From Hypanus sabinus (taxonomy: Eukaryota): a stretch of DNA of 64,000 nt. The notes under the pieces are model-generated. The model was not told where the DNA came from. It worked only from the letters and a program-made list of their open reading frames with translations, and did no database searches. Of the stretch, positions 63,933 to 64,000 are shown in pieces. A program made the translations under genes and the position numbers. The number at the start of each line of letters is the position of its first letter. Within the stretch, counting starts at the first letter, position 1. The stretch spans positions 310,001 to 374,000 of the forward strand of contig NW_026781333.1 in NCBI RefSeq assembly GCF_030144855.1. Reading direction: 5' to 3'.

Positions 63933-64000
63933 AAAATCTTTTACATCACCAGTTGAGAAAATCATCTTTGATCTACCTCCAGTCACAAAGAGGAAATCTG

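Overview
Eukaryotic, repeat-dense window. The repeat repertoire (CR1, Rex/Babar, Penelope fragments, tRNA-SINE) suggests a cartilaginous fish, probably a ray; this is an inference. It is part of a tandem C2H2 zinc-finger (ZNF) gene cluster. There are three finger-only ZNF ORFs with no visible KRAB, SCAN or SET domain: 10396-11958 (-), 30856-31710 (+) and 47335-48561 (+). There are also three collapsed ZNF remnants and about eight CpG-rich promoter/first-exon modules. From about 19.6 kb the window is a ~18-kb segmental duplication with two full units and a mosaic third. Mobile elements include two duplicated copies of a Gmr1-type Gypsy (SCAN-like gag, integrase before RT) inserted at the end of a ZNF array, several solo LTRs with TSDs, a degraded class I ERV, Tc1, mariner and hAT fragments, L1, R4/Dong and many CR1 pieces. 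The best leads are: (1) LTR insertions at the terminal finger of every ZNF array; (2) a 2.57-kb insert of mostly non-TE DNA that ends in a CR1 tail and is flanked by an exact 18-bp TSD; (3) an unusually conserved ZNF 3'-UTR block with a hairpin; (4) a recurrent E-box element at module junctions. All alignments and counts were done by eye.
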